DNA from: Bacteroidota bacterium
Lineage (GTDB): Bacteria; CLD3; SB21
Length of the DNA: 64,000 nucleotides
Assembly: GCA_037445875.1 (NCBI GenBank)
Contig: JBBIJR010000003.1
Span: 13,109-77,108, forward strand
Direction of reading: 5' to 3'
The notes beneath the pieces are model-generated. The model was given only the letters and a program-made list of their open reading frames with translations. It did no database searches and was not told the DNA's origin. Shown here piece after piece: positions 27,786 to 39,142 of the stretch (the first letter of the stretch is position 1; every line of letters begins with the position of its first letter). Made by a program: the position numbers and the translations under genes.

Positions 27786-28757
27786 TCAGAGAAGCGCTTT
27801 GAGCGCGCCCGCTCCCTTGACCGCCGTCTTCCTGATCCACGACCACGACTGCTGCGCGGACTTTTTCGGAAGTGTCACGATCACCACGGCCGCCACAATC
27901 ACGGCGGCGGACAGGAGCGTCCGGACCGTCAGCGGCTCTCTATCGACCAGCCAGCCTAAGAAAACAGCCACCACGGGATTGACGTACGCATAGGTAGCCA
28001 CCCGGGACGGGGTCGTCTGCTTCAACAGCCACACGTAAGCGCTGAACCCCACCAGGGATCCGAAAAGGATCAGATACACCAGGGAGACGAAAGAGGAAGT
28101 TGAAATTCCGCTGACATCCAGGCGATGGTGTTCCCCGCTCAACGCACCCGCCGCCATCAAACACAAGCCTCCTATCGACATCTGCATGCCGGTGGACAGC
28201 ACCGGCGATGGCGGGAGTTCGGCGCGCCGCGAATAGAGCGAGCCGCTTGCCCAGGAGAGCGCCGCTACAACGAGTACTGCGGCGCCCAGAGCATGCACGC
28301 GCCCGCCGCCGATCAATTCTTCCGGTCCGACGAGGATGAACAGACCCACCATCCCCATCCCCACGCTCAGAACATCGCGAAGGCCGGGACGAACGCGGTC
28401 TCCGGTGAACCAGTTGAGCACGACCATCCAGATCGGCACCGTGGCGACCAGCAGCGCCGTGAGGCCGGAGGGAACATATTGCTCCGACCACGTCACACCG
28501 CCGTTACCGCCCAGCAACATCAGCGCGCCGATGAACAGCGCCGACCGCCAGTGAACCCAAGACGGGACCACGTCTCCCCGAAGCCTGGCGAACGTGAACA
28601 GGATCAATCCGGCAAATCCGTTTCGCAGGCCGGCCATGAAGAAGGGCGGAATCGTGTCGATGGCGTATTTGATGAACAAGTACGTCGAGCCCCAGATAAT
28701 GTAGACCGACGCGAAAGCGAGGACGATCCTGAACCTGTGTGACTTCGCGATGGTCAA
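27786..28757 (-). CDS. EamA-family (DMT superfamily) transporter
   Basis: Ten TM helices and duplicated EamA domains. Confidence 0.8.
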   Translation of the reverse strand: MTIAKSHRFRIVLAFASVYIIWGSTYLFIKYAIDTIPPFFMAGLRNGFAGLILFTFARLRGDVVPSWVHWRSALFIGALMLLGGNGGVTWSEQYVPSGLTALLVATVPIWMVVLNWFTGDRVRPGLRDVLSVGMGMVGLFILVGPEELIGGGRVHALGAAVLVVAALSWASGSLYSRRAELPPSPVLSTGMQMSIGGLCLMAAGALSGEHHRLDVSGISTSSFVSLVYLILFGSLVGFSAYVWLLKQTTPSRVATYAYVNPVVAVFLGWLVDREPLTVRTLLSAAVIVAAVVIVTLPKKSAQQSWSWIRKTAVKGAGALKALL

Positions 28758-29242
28758 GGTTCCCTCCCTGTTTCTCCCGAGTTGGCCACGGGAATGTGGG
28801 TCGTTTCTTTCACCGTATTCAGCACAATGGTCGTGCGCGTGGAGAGTATCGTCGGGATGGTCCCTATCTTCGTGTTGAGCAGCCGGCCGAGCTCCTCCGT
28901 GTCTCGAACGCGGACCTTGATGAGAAAGCAGTCCTCGCCCGTGATGTGATGCACTTCCTGCACTTCGGGGAATTCAGCAAGCCGACGCGCATTCGACAAT
29001 TCGCCCACGCGATCCGCGGATCGGACGAAGATGAAGGCCAGCAGTCCGGTTCCTAGCGCTTTAGGATTCAGCCGTGCCTCGTATCCGGCAATCAAGCCCC
29101 GCTCCTCCAGCTTGCGGACCCTCTCCAGCACCGCCGACGGAGCCATCTCCACTCTCCTAGCCAGATCGGCGTTCGTTATTCTCGCATTCTCTTGAAGCAA
29201 TCCGAGAATCACGCGGTCAATGGAATCCAACTGTTCCGTCAT
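28754..29242 (-). CDS. Lrp/AsnC-family transcriptional regulator
   Basis: ORF 28754..29260. Start MTEQLDSIDRVILGLLQENARITNADLARRV (HTH_AsnC) followed by the RAM domain. It overlaps the EamA gene by 4 nt. Confidence 0.85.
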   Translation of the reverse strand: MTEQLDSIDRVILGLLQENARITNADLARRVEMAPSAVLERVRKLEERGLIAGYEARLNPKALGTGLLAFIFVRSADRVGELSNARRLAEFPEVQEVHHITGEDCFLIKVRVRDTEELGRLLNTKIGTIPTILSTRTTIVLNTVKETTHIPVANSGETGREP

Positions 29243-29520
29243 GTCAGCCTCGTTCTGCATTTTTGATATTCATACGAATATACGTTCGCCTTGTTCCATA
29301 AATAAGCGGCATTTATGCGGATGAACCGTCGAATCAGTGAATATACTTCGGTAACATTGGTACCGTCAAGTGCCAATTGCCACAAGAGTGGGATGGTCCA
29401 CTTACCCAAGGATAGTCTGCCAAAGAACTACTTTCCACCGAATTCTGGACACTTATTGGCTTGATAATCCATGACTGAAAGCCTACCTTTGACCATCCAG
29501 GAGTCTGAAAAGGGCCTAAA

Positions 29521-30411
29521 GTGAGTTCCGCAAGCGGAGAATTCCTGACTGCATTAGCCGGGCCGACGCCCTTATATTTGGACGGGGCAACCGGTTCGGA
29601 GTTGGAGGCGCGCGGGGTCGAACTTGTACTGCCGCTCTGGTCGGCCGTTGCCCTCCTCACGTCGGGAGGCCGGTCCATCCTCCAGGGATTGCACGAAGAA
29701 TACGTGCGCGCGGGTGCGGACATCGTTACCGCGAACACGTTTCGCACGAACCACCGTGCCCTAAAGGCGGCCGGACTTCACGCCAGAGGACGAGCGCTGA
29801 CCCAAACGGCGGTAGATCGGGTTCGCCTGGCCATCGATCGCGCCCGGGTTTCGCGCCGCGTGTTTGTGGCAGGTTCGGTTGCACCGGTTGAAGATTGCTA
29901 CCGGCCGGACCTGGTCCCTCCGGATGAGGAACTTCGGGACGAGCACCGACGTCACATCGATAACCTGTTCGATGCCCAGGTGGACGTCATCCTGATTGAA
30001 ACGATGAACACTGTTCGTGAAGCCCGCATCGCGCTGGAGTACGCCCTGCAAACGACCCTGCCGGTCTTACTGAGTTTTGTTTGCGGGGAGAAGGACGGAT
30101 ACCTGCCCGGCGGGGAAAGCCTCGAAGATGCCGTACGGACGGTTGATCTCCTGAAGCCGACTGCACTTCTGTTGAACTGCATTCCTGTCGAACGCATGTC
30201 GGCCAATCTCGCGATCTTGAGCAAAGCCACCGAACTTCCCCGAGGCGCGTATGCGAACATCCTGAGCGGGCAGGGAGGGAAGCCGGTTTCACCGGACCGG
30301 TACGCCGGCCATGCGCGGCAATGGATGCGTGAGTACTCATTGAAGATCGCTGGAGGCTGCTGCGGCACGACGCCGGCCCATATCGAAAGATTGACCGCAC
30401 ATACTGCCTGA
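29521..30411 (+). CDS. mmuM: Homocysteine S-methyltransferase family protein
   Basis: Hcy-binding domain. The C-terminal GCCGTTPAHI zinc-ligand motif. Confidence 0.8.
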   Translation: MSSASGEFLTALAGPTPLYLDGATGSELEARGVELVLPLWSAVALLTSGGRSILQGLHEEYVRAGADIVTANTFRTNHRALKAAGLHARGRALTQTAVDRVRLAIDRARVSRRVFVAGSVAPVEDCYRPDLVPPDEELRDEHRRHIDNLFDAQVDVILIETMNTVREARIALEYALQTTLPVLLSFVCGEKDGYLPGGESLEDAVRTVDLLKPTALLLNCIPVERMSANLAILSKATELPRGAYANILSGQGGKPVSPDRYAGHARQWMREYSLKIAGGCCGTTPAHIERLTAHTA

Positions 30412-30415
30412 CCGC

Positions 30416-33400
30416 ATGACGCGAACTCCCCATATCCTCATAGGTATCGCTCTCCTGACCGGTTCACTGGCGGCCCAGAAATACTCCGTTACGACCTACG
30501 GTGCAGCCGACGGCCTGCTCCCTTTTGCGGTCGAACGGCTGCACCAGGACCCGCTGGGGAATCTGTGGATGACCACGAGCGGCGGTCTCATGATGTATAA
30601 CGGGAAGTCTTTTCGTTCGTTCGGGCCGGAGGAAGGCCTGCCTGCCTATGCGACGCGAGCCATCGCCCAGGACGCAGACAAGGGGATATGGGTGGGAACG
30701 TTGGGTGGAGGCGCTGCACGGATCACCCGGCTGTCGACAGGCGACTACTCCCTCCGGGCCTTCACCAGGGAAAACGGCCTGCCGGACAATTCGGTCCTCT
30801 CACTCCTGGCCGCCGCAGACGGTTCTTTGTGGGTGGGGACCAAAGGAGGTTTGGCACACATTCGTAGAGATCGATCGGACACCCTGCATGTTCTTCGCAC
30901 ATGGCAGGAGCCGATCGTCAATTGTATGTACCAGGCCAAAGACGGCTCGTTGTGGTTCGGCGACATGTCGGGTGCCGTGCACGTGATCGCCGGGGACACG
31001 CTGCGGTCGATTCCCGTATTTCCCCCCCATGCGTCGGGAGTCACCGGACTGGCCGAGGACGCCGTTGGCGACCTGTGGGTGACCAGCTTCGCCGGCGGCG
31101 CACGAAAACTTCATTGGGTTCGCGGTCGATGGGCGGCTTTCTCCGACGCGTCGACGCGCGAGGTGCCCGCCGAGGTCTTCCACGTTCATCGCGACGGGGC
31201 AGGGCGACTCTGGTTTGCTACGTTCGGAGAAGGTGTGGTGAGCTATGACGGCCGGAGGTTCCAGTCCTTTTCTACGGCCAATGGCCTGCCGGAAAACAAC
31301 ACCGTGTGTACCTTCGTAGACCGTCAGGGCCTCTTGTGGGTTGGGACAGCCAATAGCGGCCTGTGCAAGCGTGGCGACCTTCCTTTTGTGTTCTTCGACA
31401 AAGAGACCGGCCTGCCCGGTAACCTGGTCCTCGACGTGATCGCAGACCGTCGAGGTTTCATGTGGGTGTCCTGTTATGAAAGCGGCCTTGTGAGGTTCGA
31501 CGGAACTTCGATTCGGGGCTTCTCGCGCAGGGAAGGACTCACCTCCCGAAAGGTCTACGCGCTGATGGAAACGGCGGATGGCCGGATCTGGGTCTCCACG
31601 ATGGGCGAAGGCGTATTCGTATACGACGGAAAGCGATTCAAGCGATTCCGTTCCTCGTATCTTCTCACCGACGTGTTGTGCATGTTCGAGGACCGGGAAG
31701 GCCAGATTTGGTTCGGTACCGATACCCACGGGGCCGTTCGACTCTCGCGCGACGGATCGCTCCTGCAGTTCACACCGGAACAGGGACTGGCGGGATTGCG
31801 TGTCTTCTCCATTCTGCAGGACCGGCGCGGTCGTATCTGGTTCGGGTGCGGGCAACCGAGCCGTCTCAAAGAAGCAGGCGGAGTCAGCGTATGGGACCCG
31901 GTCCGGTTTCTGAGGAACCTGAGGCCGTTCGTGACCTACGACAAACAGAACGGCTTTCCGAGCAACGAGGTCATTGCGCTGTATGAGGACCGCGACGGTG
32001 CCGTCTGGCTCGGGACCCGCCACCACGGGTTGTTTAGCTTCAGCAACGAGCAATTCACACCGTTTGGCAAGCGGGAGGGCTTGTTGTCCAACACGGTCAC
32101 CGCAATCGGAGAGGACAGACGGGGCCGACTGTGGGTGGGCACGGTGAAAGGCCTGCACGTACGGACGCCCGGCGGGTTTGACGTCTACACCAAGGCACAG
32201 GGTCTTCTCAGCGACGAGATCTACGAAAACGCCATGGCATTGGACCGGGACGGCCGGTTGTGGTTGGGGACGCCCGGCGGGCTGTGCCGGTTCCGGGTTG
32301 ACGACCTCGATGCTCGACCCTCGCCCCCTTCGTTGTACGTGGATCGCGTCCTGTCCAACGGCCAGCCCCTCGAGGCGGACGGGATGACAGACTTGTCGCA
32401 CGCCCGGAACGATATCGATTTTCAGGTAACCGGCATCGACTTCCGCGCGGAGAAACACCTCATGTACCAGTACTTTCTCGAAGGATTCGACGCAAACTGG
32501 CGCGATCCGACCCCGCGAGATTACCTGTCTTACACCAACCTCGAACCGCGGTCATACGTGTTCCATGCGCGGGTGTCCGGCTCTTCGGGTGCGTGGAGCG
32601 ATCCGGTGACGATGCCGTTCATCATCCATCCGGCCTTCTGGCAGACATGGTGGTTCCGCGGAACTCTCCTCACGGTGCTCATCGTGTCGGTGCCCTACGC
32701 GGCCCGGGTTTCACGCTCGGCCTTTCACAGGTTCCAAACGTGGCGGCGAAACCGCACGATCGCCCATTACCGGCTGAAGGGGCTCATCGGCGAAGGAGCC
32801 ATGGGATCCGTGTACGAGGCGTACGACCGAACGGCCCGCAAGACCGTTGCGCTGAAAGTGATCCACCGGCGTCTGATGGAAGATCCGGAGAATCAGTCCC
32901 GTTTTGAACGCGAGGGCCGCATTCTGTCGAAACTCAGCCATCCCAACGTCGTCCGGGTTTACGCAGCCGGGCAATGGATGGGCCGCGGATACATCGCCAT
33001 GGAGGTTCTGCCGAACGGCAATCTGCGCGACTACGTGAGCAAGCATTTTCCGCTCGATCTCAAAACCACGGCCCGACTCCTGACCGAGATCGCCGAAGGA
33101 CTGGCGTACATTCACGGACTGAACATCGTGCACCGGGACCTGAAAAGTGAGAACATCATGCTGGACGAACGCTGGCGGCCGAAGATCATGGACTTCGGTC
33201 TGTCGAAGTCCACGCTCGTGACGACCATGACGCAGGTCGGGACGATCATGGGGACGCTCGGATACGTTGCGCCGGAGCAGGTGACGGGACATAAGGTCGA
33301 CCAGCGCTCCGATCTGTTTTCCTTCGGGGTGATCATGTACGAAATGCTTACGCGGATGCTGCCCTTCCGAGGCGAAAACGAGATCGCCCTGATCCATTCG

Positions 33401-33565
33401 ATTTTCAACGACCTGCCCGAGCTGCCGTCGAACGTCAACCCTACGGTCTTCCGCGACCACGAGTGGATCGTGCTCAAGTGTCTCGAAAAAGATCCCGCTC
33501 ACCGGTACCAATCGTGCGAAGAATTACTCAAGGATTTCCGTTCGGTACACCGGTTGCTGCACTGA
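30416..33565 (+). CDS. Receptor-type Ser/Thr protein kinase: signal peptide, about 10 two-component-regulator-propeller (Reg_prop) repeats, Y_Y_Y domain, one TM helix, then a C-terminal STK domain
   Basis: Repeated GxxxGLxxW / G..G..WVGT motifs. YYY region FQVTGIDFRAEKHLMYQYFLEGFDANW. TM WWFRGTLLTVLIVSVPYAA. Kinase VIb catalytic loop HRDLKSENIML and DFG. Confidence 0.8.
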   Translation: MTRTPHILIGIALLTGSLAAQKYSVTTYGAADGLLPFAVERLHQDPLGNLWMTTSGGLMMYNGKSFRSFGPEEGLPAYATRAIAQDADKGIWVGTLGGGAARITRLSTGDYSLRAFTRENGLPDNSVLSLLAAADGSLWVGTKGGLAHIRRDRSDTLHVLRTWQEPIVNCMYQAKDGSLWFGDMSGAVHVIAGDTLRSIPVFPPHASGVTGLAEDAVGDLWVTSFAGGARKLHWVRGRWAAFSDASTREVPAEVFHVHRDGAGRLWFATFGEGVVSYDGRRFQSFSTANGLPENNTVCTFVDRQGLLWVGTANSGLCKRGDLPFVFFDKETGLPGNLVLDVIADRRGFMWVSCYESGLVRFDGTSIRGFSRREGLTSRKVYALMETADGRIWVSTMGEGVFVYDGKRFKRFRSSYLLTDVLCMFEDREGQIWFGTDTHGAVRLSRDGSLLQFTPEQGLAGLRVFSILQDRRGRIWFGCGQPSRLKEAGGVSVWDPVRFLRNLRPFVTYDKQNGFPSNEVIALYEDRDGAVWLGTRHHGLFSFSNEQFTPFGKREGLLSNTVTAIGEDRRGRLWVGTVKGLHVRTPGGFDVYTKAQGLLSDEIYENAMALDRDGRLWLGTPGGLCRFRVDDLDARPSPPSLYVDRVLSNGQPLEADGMTDLSHARNDIDFQVTGIDFRAEKHLMYQYFLEGFDANWRDPTPRDYLSYTNLEPRSYVFHARVSGSSGAWSDPVTMPFIIHPAFWQTWWFRGTLLTVLIVSVPYAARVSRSAFHRFQTWRRNRTIAHYRLKGLIGEGAMGSVYEAYDRTARKTVALKVIHRRLMEDPENQSRFEREGRILSKLSHPNVVRVYAAGQWMGRGYIAMEVLPNGNLRDYVSKHFPLDLKTTARLLTEIAEGLAYIHGLNIVHRDLKSENIMLDERWRPKIMDFGLSKSTLVTTMTQVGTIMGTLGYVAPEQVTGHKVDQRSDLFSFGVIMYEMLTRMLPFRGENEIALIHSIFNDLPELPSNVNPTVFRDHEWIVLKCLEKDPAHRYQSCEELLKDFRSVHRLLH

Positions 33566-33673
33566 TTCGTCGGTCCGGCGCGCAGGGTCACCGACGAACC
33601 GGGCAGCGGGGCCTATCCACGGCGGAATGTGTTGATGGCCAGAGGATGAAACATTATATTCGAACGACATCCC

Positions 33674-35410
33674 ATGATCAAACTCACCGAAAGCCTCGAC
33701 GACCTTCAGCAGCGCCTTGATGAGTCCTTCAAGGAGATCAGTCATCGTATCTCCGAACTCAATCAGGCGCTGGCGAAAAAAGACACGGCCGGCTGCGAAA
33801 AGCAATTGAACGAACTTTTCCGGATTTTTATGGAACGGCACCGGCAGGTCAATGCCCAGGTGGCCCGGCTCGATGCGGACGTTCGAAAGACGGAATCGCA
33901 GTTCCAGGAACACGTCACCGAGAAAGAGCAGTTCAAGGCGCTCTATAACAGCGGCATGGTGCTTTCGACGTCCAGCGAACTGCAGGGGCTCATAGAATTC
34001 GCCATGGACCAGATCACCTATCACCTGCGCGCGGACCGGGGCTTCATGATCCTGGTGAACGAACAGGGCGACAAGGAGTTTTTCGTACACAAGAATTTCG
34101 ACGGCGACCGGATCGACGACCCCGCAAACGAGGTCTGCCATTCGGTGATCGAAAAGGCCCTCGAACTGGTGCGTCCTCTCAAAGTCACCGACGACTCGGC
34201 GTCGGAAAGCATCATGAAACAGGGTAGCTTCATCCGGCTGGGGCTTCGGGCGGTGCTGTGTGTACCGATCGTCTATCGTAAGGCACTGCTCGGTGTTGTG
34301 TACCTGGACCGCCGCGAAGAGCACAAGGGATTCACCGACAACGATCTGACGTTTCTGATCGCGTTCGCCCGCCAGATTGCGTACCGCGTAAACGAACTCA
34401 AGGAGCTGACGCGCGTTCAGGACGAATTTGCCCTTCGCGACCGAAACCGGCTCCAGGCCCTGCGGGAGAAATATAATTTCTCCGAGATCGTCGGCCGCAG
34501 CGAGAAGCTCGTGCAGGTGCTCGAGATCGCCGCCAAGGTGGCTGCCACGGATGCCACCGTGATGCTCCTCGGCGAAAGCGGGGTGGGCAAGGAACTGATC
34601 GCCCGCGCCATCCATTTCAACAGCGACCGCTTCGAGCAGAAATTCGTCGCCCTCAACTGCGGGGCGATTCCCGCAGACCTGCTCGAGTCCGAGTTGTTCG
34701 GTTACGAACCGGGCGCATTTACCGGCGCCGTAAAAGCCAAACCGGGCAAGTTCGAGCTGGCCCACCGGGGAACGCTTTTTCTGGACGAGATCGCCGAACT
34801 TTCGGTCAATCTCCAGGCCAAGATCCTGCGCGTGCTGCAGACGCATGAGATCGAACGGCTCGGCGGCACGGACACCCGGCGCCTTGACATCCGCATCGTC
34901 GCCGCCACGAACAAAGAACTCGGGAGACTCGTCAAGGAGGGCAAGTTCCGCGAAGACCTCTACTATCGCCTGAAGGTGGTGGAGATCACCGTCCCCCCGC
35001 TGCGGGAGCGCCGGGAGGATGTCGGACTGCTGGTGCATCACTTCATCGCCAGATACGGCGAGGCCAGGGTGACCGAAATCGACGACGATGCGCTGGATGT
35101 GCTGGAGAATTACCGCTGGGACGGGAACATCCGCGAGCTGGAAAACGTCGTGCAGCGTGCGGTCGTGCTGGCGGGCGGTCCCTCCATCACGATCAACGAT
35201 CTGCCGCACGAGATCATCAAGGACGTCGAAAGCGGATACCGCATCCGCAAGGACCTCAAGCTCGAAGACGCCGAGCGGGATTTCCGCCGCTGGTACGTTC
35301 TGCGCACCCTGACCAAAGCCAACAACAACAAGACCAGGGCCGCCGAGTTGCTCGGCGTGAACCGCACCCACTTCTTCAAAATGCTCAATCAGCTGGGCAT
35401 CACCGACTAG
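33674..35410 (+). CDS. Sigma-54-dependent transcriptional activator (coiled-coil, GAF, AAA+, Fis-type HTH) with no receiver domain
   Basis: Walker A GESGVGKE and the GAFTGA loop (GAFTGAV). ESELFGYE. C-terminal [25 protein letters not shown]. Confidence 0.85.
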   Translation: MIKLTESLDDLQQRLDESFKEISHRISELNQALAKKDTAGCEKQLNELFRIFMERHRQVNAQVARLDADVRKTESQFQEHVTEKEQFKALYNSGMVLSTSSELQGLIEFAMDQITYHLRADRGFMILVNEQGDKEFFVHKNFDGDRIDDPANEVCHSVIEKALELVRPLKVTDDSASESIMKQGSFIRLGLRAVLCVPIVYRKALLGVVYLDRREEHKGFTDNDLTFLIAFARQIAYRVNELKELTRVQDEFALRDRNRLQALREKYNFSEIVGRSEKLVQVLEIAAKVAATDATVMLLGESGVGKELIARAIHFNSDRFEQKFVALNCGAIPADLLESELFGYEPGAFTGAVKAKPGKFELAHRGTLFLDEIAELSVNLQAKILRVLQTHEIERLGGTDTRRLDIRIVAATNKELGRLVKEGKFREDLYYRLKVVEITVPPLRERREDVGLLVHHFIARYGEARVTEIDDDALDVLENYRWDGNIRELENVVQRAVVLAGGPSITINDLPHEIIKDVESGYRIRKDLKLEDAERDFRRWYVLRTLTKANNNKTRAAELLGVNRTHFFKMLNQLGITD

Positions 35411-35624
35411 ACTTACTCCCGTACCGTCACCCGACTGCGACACTCCGCCTGCTCATCGGCGTCGTTTTTGTACGACACGCCGAACATCTCTTCTGTGAAC
35501 CGCGACGCGCAACTGCAATGCATCGCGAAGCTTATGGGTACACGTCTGCGCGGGCACAGAAGTTGATTCACTGCGTGTCATTCAAGTCGGCGATTGGTCG
35601 CATTCTACAGGAACAGGTACCACC

Positions 35625-35840
35625 GTGCACAAGCGGGTTTTGATCTTCAACGAGGACATCGAGGAATTGTCGGGATTGAGGCAGTTACTGGTCAAAGAGG
35701 GTTGTGAGGTCATCACCGCCACGAACTGGGAAACAGCGAAGAAGTTGTTCTCGGGCATTCCGATCGATTATGTGTTGCTGGATACGCGGCACGAGGCCAT
35801 TCAAACCATGCTCAACAGCGGCATCCATCGCACGAAATGA
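35625..35840 (+). CDS. Truncated or degenerate response-regulator receiver (REC) fragment (71 aa)
   Basis: VLIFNEDIEELSGLRQLLVKEGCEVITATNWETAKKLF...YVLLDTRHEA matches only the N-terminal half of a REC fold. GTG start. Too short to be a complete domain. Confidence 0.3.
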   Translation: MHKRVLIFNEDIEELSGLRQLLVKEGCEVITATNWETAKKLFSGIPIDYVLLDTRHEAIQTMLNSGIHRTK

Positions 35841-35980
35841 GCGTCAGGGTTTCACACGCCGCTGTCCCTTTGAGGGGCGTATCTCCGCACCGCCTCGAGC
35901 GAGGTTCCGATGGTTGTTGAAATCGGTGTTCTTGTTCTTGTTTCCGTTCTATGCGCTTTTTTACTACTAAGGAGGAGGTC

Positions 35981-38272
35981 ATGAGAACCAGCCAACCAAC
36001 CTTACATGTGCGACCGGTGCCCGTATTCGTCCTGTTGGCGCTGGTTTCCGGAATGCTCTACGCCGGCGATCCCAAGCCTTCCGCGGTCTGGACGTTCAAA
36101 GGAAAGAAATCCATCAACAACTACTCCGAGGTCTGCGGCGGGAAATACTTCTGGACCCGGGAGGGCAACTATGCAGCCGTCATCAACAATGCCGACGGCT
36201 CAACCAGATGGGAAGCCGAACTGAAGGACCTCCAGGAAAAGGCGTTCAGCCTGATATGGAACGATAATATGTTCGTCTTCTGCACGAAGAAGGAGATGGT
36301 GGCCCTGGACCTGGAAACCGGCTCGGAGAAGTATCGCATTGCCCTCGGCAGCGAGGTCGATCCGACGGACTACAACGGGTACCTCAACACCTCCAACGGT
36401 GTGCTGATCGTGTACAAGGACAACGTCGGGTTCTACGACGTTACGAACGGCAAGCAGTTGTGGCTCCGCAAAGACAAGGGCATGACGGTCGACAACTACG
36501 ATCTGATGAAAAACGGCCATTTCATCGGCCTTTACGGCAACGGCGTGGCCATCATCGACTACAAGACCGGCCAGTCCCTCTGGAGTTCGCCGGAACCGCT
36601 GTATTCGGACCTCAAGTACCAGTATTACACGTTTACCAACTCCGAGGGCACCGGCGGTTCGGTGTTGTTCTTCATGAAGAAGTCGACCGCGCTGGTGAGT
36701 TGGGACGGCAAACCGCTGTGGTCCATTGCGGCGCGGGGCAGCGAGGAGCGCGGCGGCCAGAAAAAAGCCGGCGAATGCCAGCAGCGAGTGGGCAACACCC
36801 TGACCGTCTTCCTCGAGAAGCAGATCGTAGGCCTGCACGGCTTGACGGGCGCCGAAGGATGGCGCGAAGACGTGAAAGATGAAGACGATATCGCCGAAGC
36901 CGACGTTTATGCGATCCAGGATGATCAGAAGAACGACCGCTTCGGACTGATCACCGTCAACGGTGCCCTGCTGAACTTCGACGCCCAAACGGGCCAGAAG
37001 CTGTGGCGCACGCCCGATGAGACGTTCGTCGGCCAGATGTGCAAAATACTCCCGATCCAGGGCGATGAGTTCCTCTGCATCTCCGGCAAGCGGGCCTTTC
37101 TGATGACGAACGGCCTGCTTGGCGTCCACATGTACCGGATCAACATGAAGGACGGGAAAATCCTGTGGCACAACCAGAGCCGCGCCATGTGGAGCAACGC
37201 CATCGGTAATTCCGCCAAAACGACGTACGACGGCGTGGCGTCCGGTCCATACCTTTTTCCCGAGATCGATCGAACGGTGCTCGTGACCAACACCGGCGTC
37301 AACGTCTTCACCCTGTCGGACGGCAAACTGCTGAAGGACGGAAAGTGGATGCAGAATGAGGTCGGCAACTGGAAGAAGCACGAGTACACCGTCGACAAGA
37401 CCAACATGGTGCTGAGCGTCTCGCTGACTCCTCCGGTCGGATTGAGCGCCGCGGCGCTCGGTCCGCTCGGTCTGCCGTTCGGCGGTTTCAAGCTCCTTAA
37501 GAGTACCATCATGATCAATCGAAGCGCAGCGCCGGCCATTGTCGGAGGGACGCTATTCTTCTCGGGCGACGACAAGATCTTCGCTTATGATCTGGCCACC
37601 GGCAAGGAGAAATGGGCGGCCAAGGCCCGCGGACCGGTCGTAGCCATGCTCGTGAAAGAGGGTGTTGTGTACGCGATGACGGGTTTGTACATTGACTCGA
37701 ATATCCTGTTCGGTCTGCAGGACGAAAAACCGATGGTCTACCACAACAAGGGCGATTTCGGGTTCATCGCCTTCGACGCCGCGACCGGAAAGGAACTCTG
37801 GAAGTTCCAGGAATTCGAGGCCAACGATCCCGTCTTCCTGACCGGCATCATCGTGGACAAGGCCGACCTCGAAAAGAAGGAAAAGAGCGAGTGCAATCTG
37901 AAGAAGCTCAAGGTCGGGCAGATCTTCAACATGGTGCAGCGCCCGAACTACGTCTTCTTCTGGGGTGTGGACGGGCTGGCGGGCGTGCAGTACGGATCGG
38001 ACCAACCGTGCAAGTCCAACTGGCGTGTCAAGGGTGACGTGAAGAAAGCCCGTCAGACGTTCAGTCTCACGGACGACCGCTACATGCCTCCGGTCGTGCT
38101 GTTCGACAACACCTTCCTGGCCGACTTCGGCGGAGACGTGTATTACTTCGACGAGGCCGCCCAGCAGCTGAAATGGAAGGCCGACGGCGGCGAGCGCACA
38201 CTGTATTCGACGCACAACCGGCTCATCTACGTGATGGATGGAAAAGAATTGACGGCTTATAGATTGGATTAA
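35981..38272 (+). CDS. Secreted PQQ-like (BamB-like) beta-propeller repeat protein
   Basis: ORF 35951..38272. AGGAGG RBS before MRTSQP. Signal peptide. Repeated G.LWS/W motifs (KQLWLR, QSLWSS, KPLWS, QKLWRT, KILWHN, KELWKF, QLKWKA). Confidence 0.7.
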   Translation: MRTSQPTLHVRPVPVFVLLALVSGMLYAGDPKPSAVWTFKGKKSINNYSEVCGGKYFWTREGNYAAVINNADGSTRWEAELKDLQEKAFSLIWNDNMFVFCTKKEMVALDLETGSEKYRIALGSEVDPTDYNGYLNTSNGVLIVYKDNVGFYDVTNGKQLWLRKDKGMTVDNYDLMKNGHFIGLYGNGVAIIDYKTGQSLWSSPEPLYSDLKYQYYTFTNSEGTGGSVLFFMKKSTALVSWDGKPLWSIAARGSEERGGQKKAGECQQRVGNTLTVFLEKQIVGLHGLTGAEGWREDVKDEDDIAEADVYAIQDDQKNDRFGLITVNGALLNFDAQTGQKLWRTPDETFVGQMCKILPIQGDEFLCISGKRAFLMTNGLLGVHMYRINMKDGKILWHNQSRAMWSNAIGNSAKTTYDGVASGPYLFPEIDRTVLVTNTGVNVFTLSDGKLLKDGKWMQNEVGNWKKHEYTVDKTNMVLSVSLTPPVGLSAAALGPLGLPFGGFKLLKSTIMINRSAAPAIVGGTLFFSGDDKIFAYDLATGKEKWAAKARGPVVAMLVKEGVVYAMTGLYIDSNILFGLQDEKPMVYHNKGDFGFIAFDAATGKELWKFQEFEANDPVFLTGIIVDKADLEKKEKSECNLKKLKVGQIFNMVQRPNYVFFWGVDGLAGVQYGSDQPCKSNWRVKGDVKKARQTFSLTDDRYMPPVVLFDNTFLADFGGDVYYFDEAAQQLKWKADGGERTLYSTHNRLIYVMDGKELTAYRLD

Positions 38273-38309
38273 CTCACTATCCTCACCTAACTAAACCATA
38301 GGAGGTTGT

Positions 38310-39092
38310 ATGAGGAGCATAATTGTCATTCTCACGTCCGTTCTTGTTTTGGTATGGGCGGCCGCTGGTTGTGGCGGTGGCGGCGGTGGGGGAGGAACGA
38401 ATGATTTTGGCTCACAGGCCGAAGCTCAACAGGCGTACAATGCGTCACTTGCCTATACCACGCTGGCAGTGTCCGAAGTAGAGGCGGCAGCGGCCCTGGC
38501 TCAGTCTTTCACCGGCATCGCGTTGGGCAAAGCGCGTGGCTCAAAAGGAACGGCAAACACCGAGTTCATCTACAACGCCTCCACAGGCTATTGGGAGGCG
38601 ACGTACAACGAGGGTATTGCCGGTTTCACGGGGACGATAAAGCTTCGCTTTGATCCAAGCGATGCAAACCACCTGCCGGACAACACGACTAATACCATGC
38701 AGTACATCGTGGATTTCGGCTATTCGTCTTCGGAACAGGGTTTTGACTACGACTGGAGTTATGCGTCGGATATGACGGCGACCGGCATTGCGGCTTATCG
38801 AGGTGGCACGGGCAACCTGGTCATCGACGGTACCACATCGTTTGACATTGAAGGAGTGTACTCGAACGTGTATTCCTTATTGTATCGGTACGATATCAGC
38901 ATAAACGATGTGACATTCTCACCCACGAATGACTATCCGCTCAGCGGCACCATCGATTTCACACTCAGGTATGAACAAGATCCGGAGAGTCCTCAATACC
39001 CGAATTTCAATATTTCGGGTACCATTACCTTCGACGGTGACAACACGGTCGTGGTTACCTTCGGTGGATTTGATTTTGTGCTGACCATCTGA
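38310..39092 (+). CDS. Hypothetical lipoprotein
   Basis: AGGAGG RBS. Lipobox AAAGC followed by a Gly run. Confidence 0.55.
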   Translation: MRSIIVILTSVLVLVWAAAGCGGGGGGGGTNDFGSQAEAQQAYNASLAYTTLAVSEVEAAAALAQSFTGIALGKARGSKGTANTEFIYNASTGYWEATYNEGIAGFTGTIKLRFDPSDANHLPDNTTNTMQYIVDFGYSSSEQGFDYDWSYASDMTATGIAAYRGGTGNLVIDGTTSFDIEGVYSNVYSLLYRYDISINDVTFSPTNDYPLSGTIDFTLRYEQDPESPQYPNFNISGTITFDGDNTVVVTFGGFDFVLTI

Positions 39093-39142
39093 CGGCATAA
39101 CGGGACGTACATGCCTCGGTGAGGCTTCATCGGTTGATTCCA

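Noticed and set aside
35704-35970. ORF 35704..35970 (88 aa) as a continuation of the receiver fragment.
   Set aside because: Its translation (RSSPPRTGKQRRSCS..) has no REC-like features and it is out of frame. The receiver simply ends at 35840.
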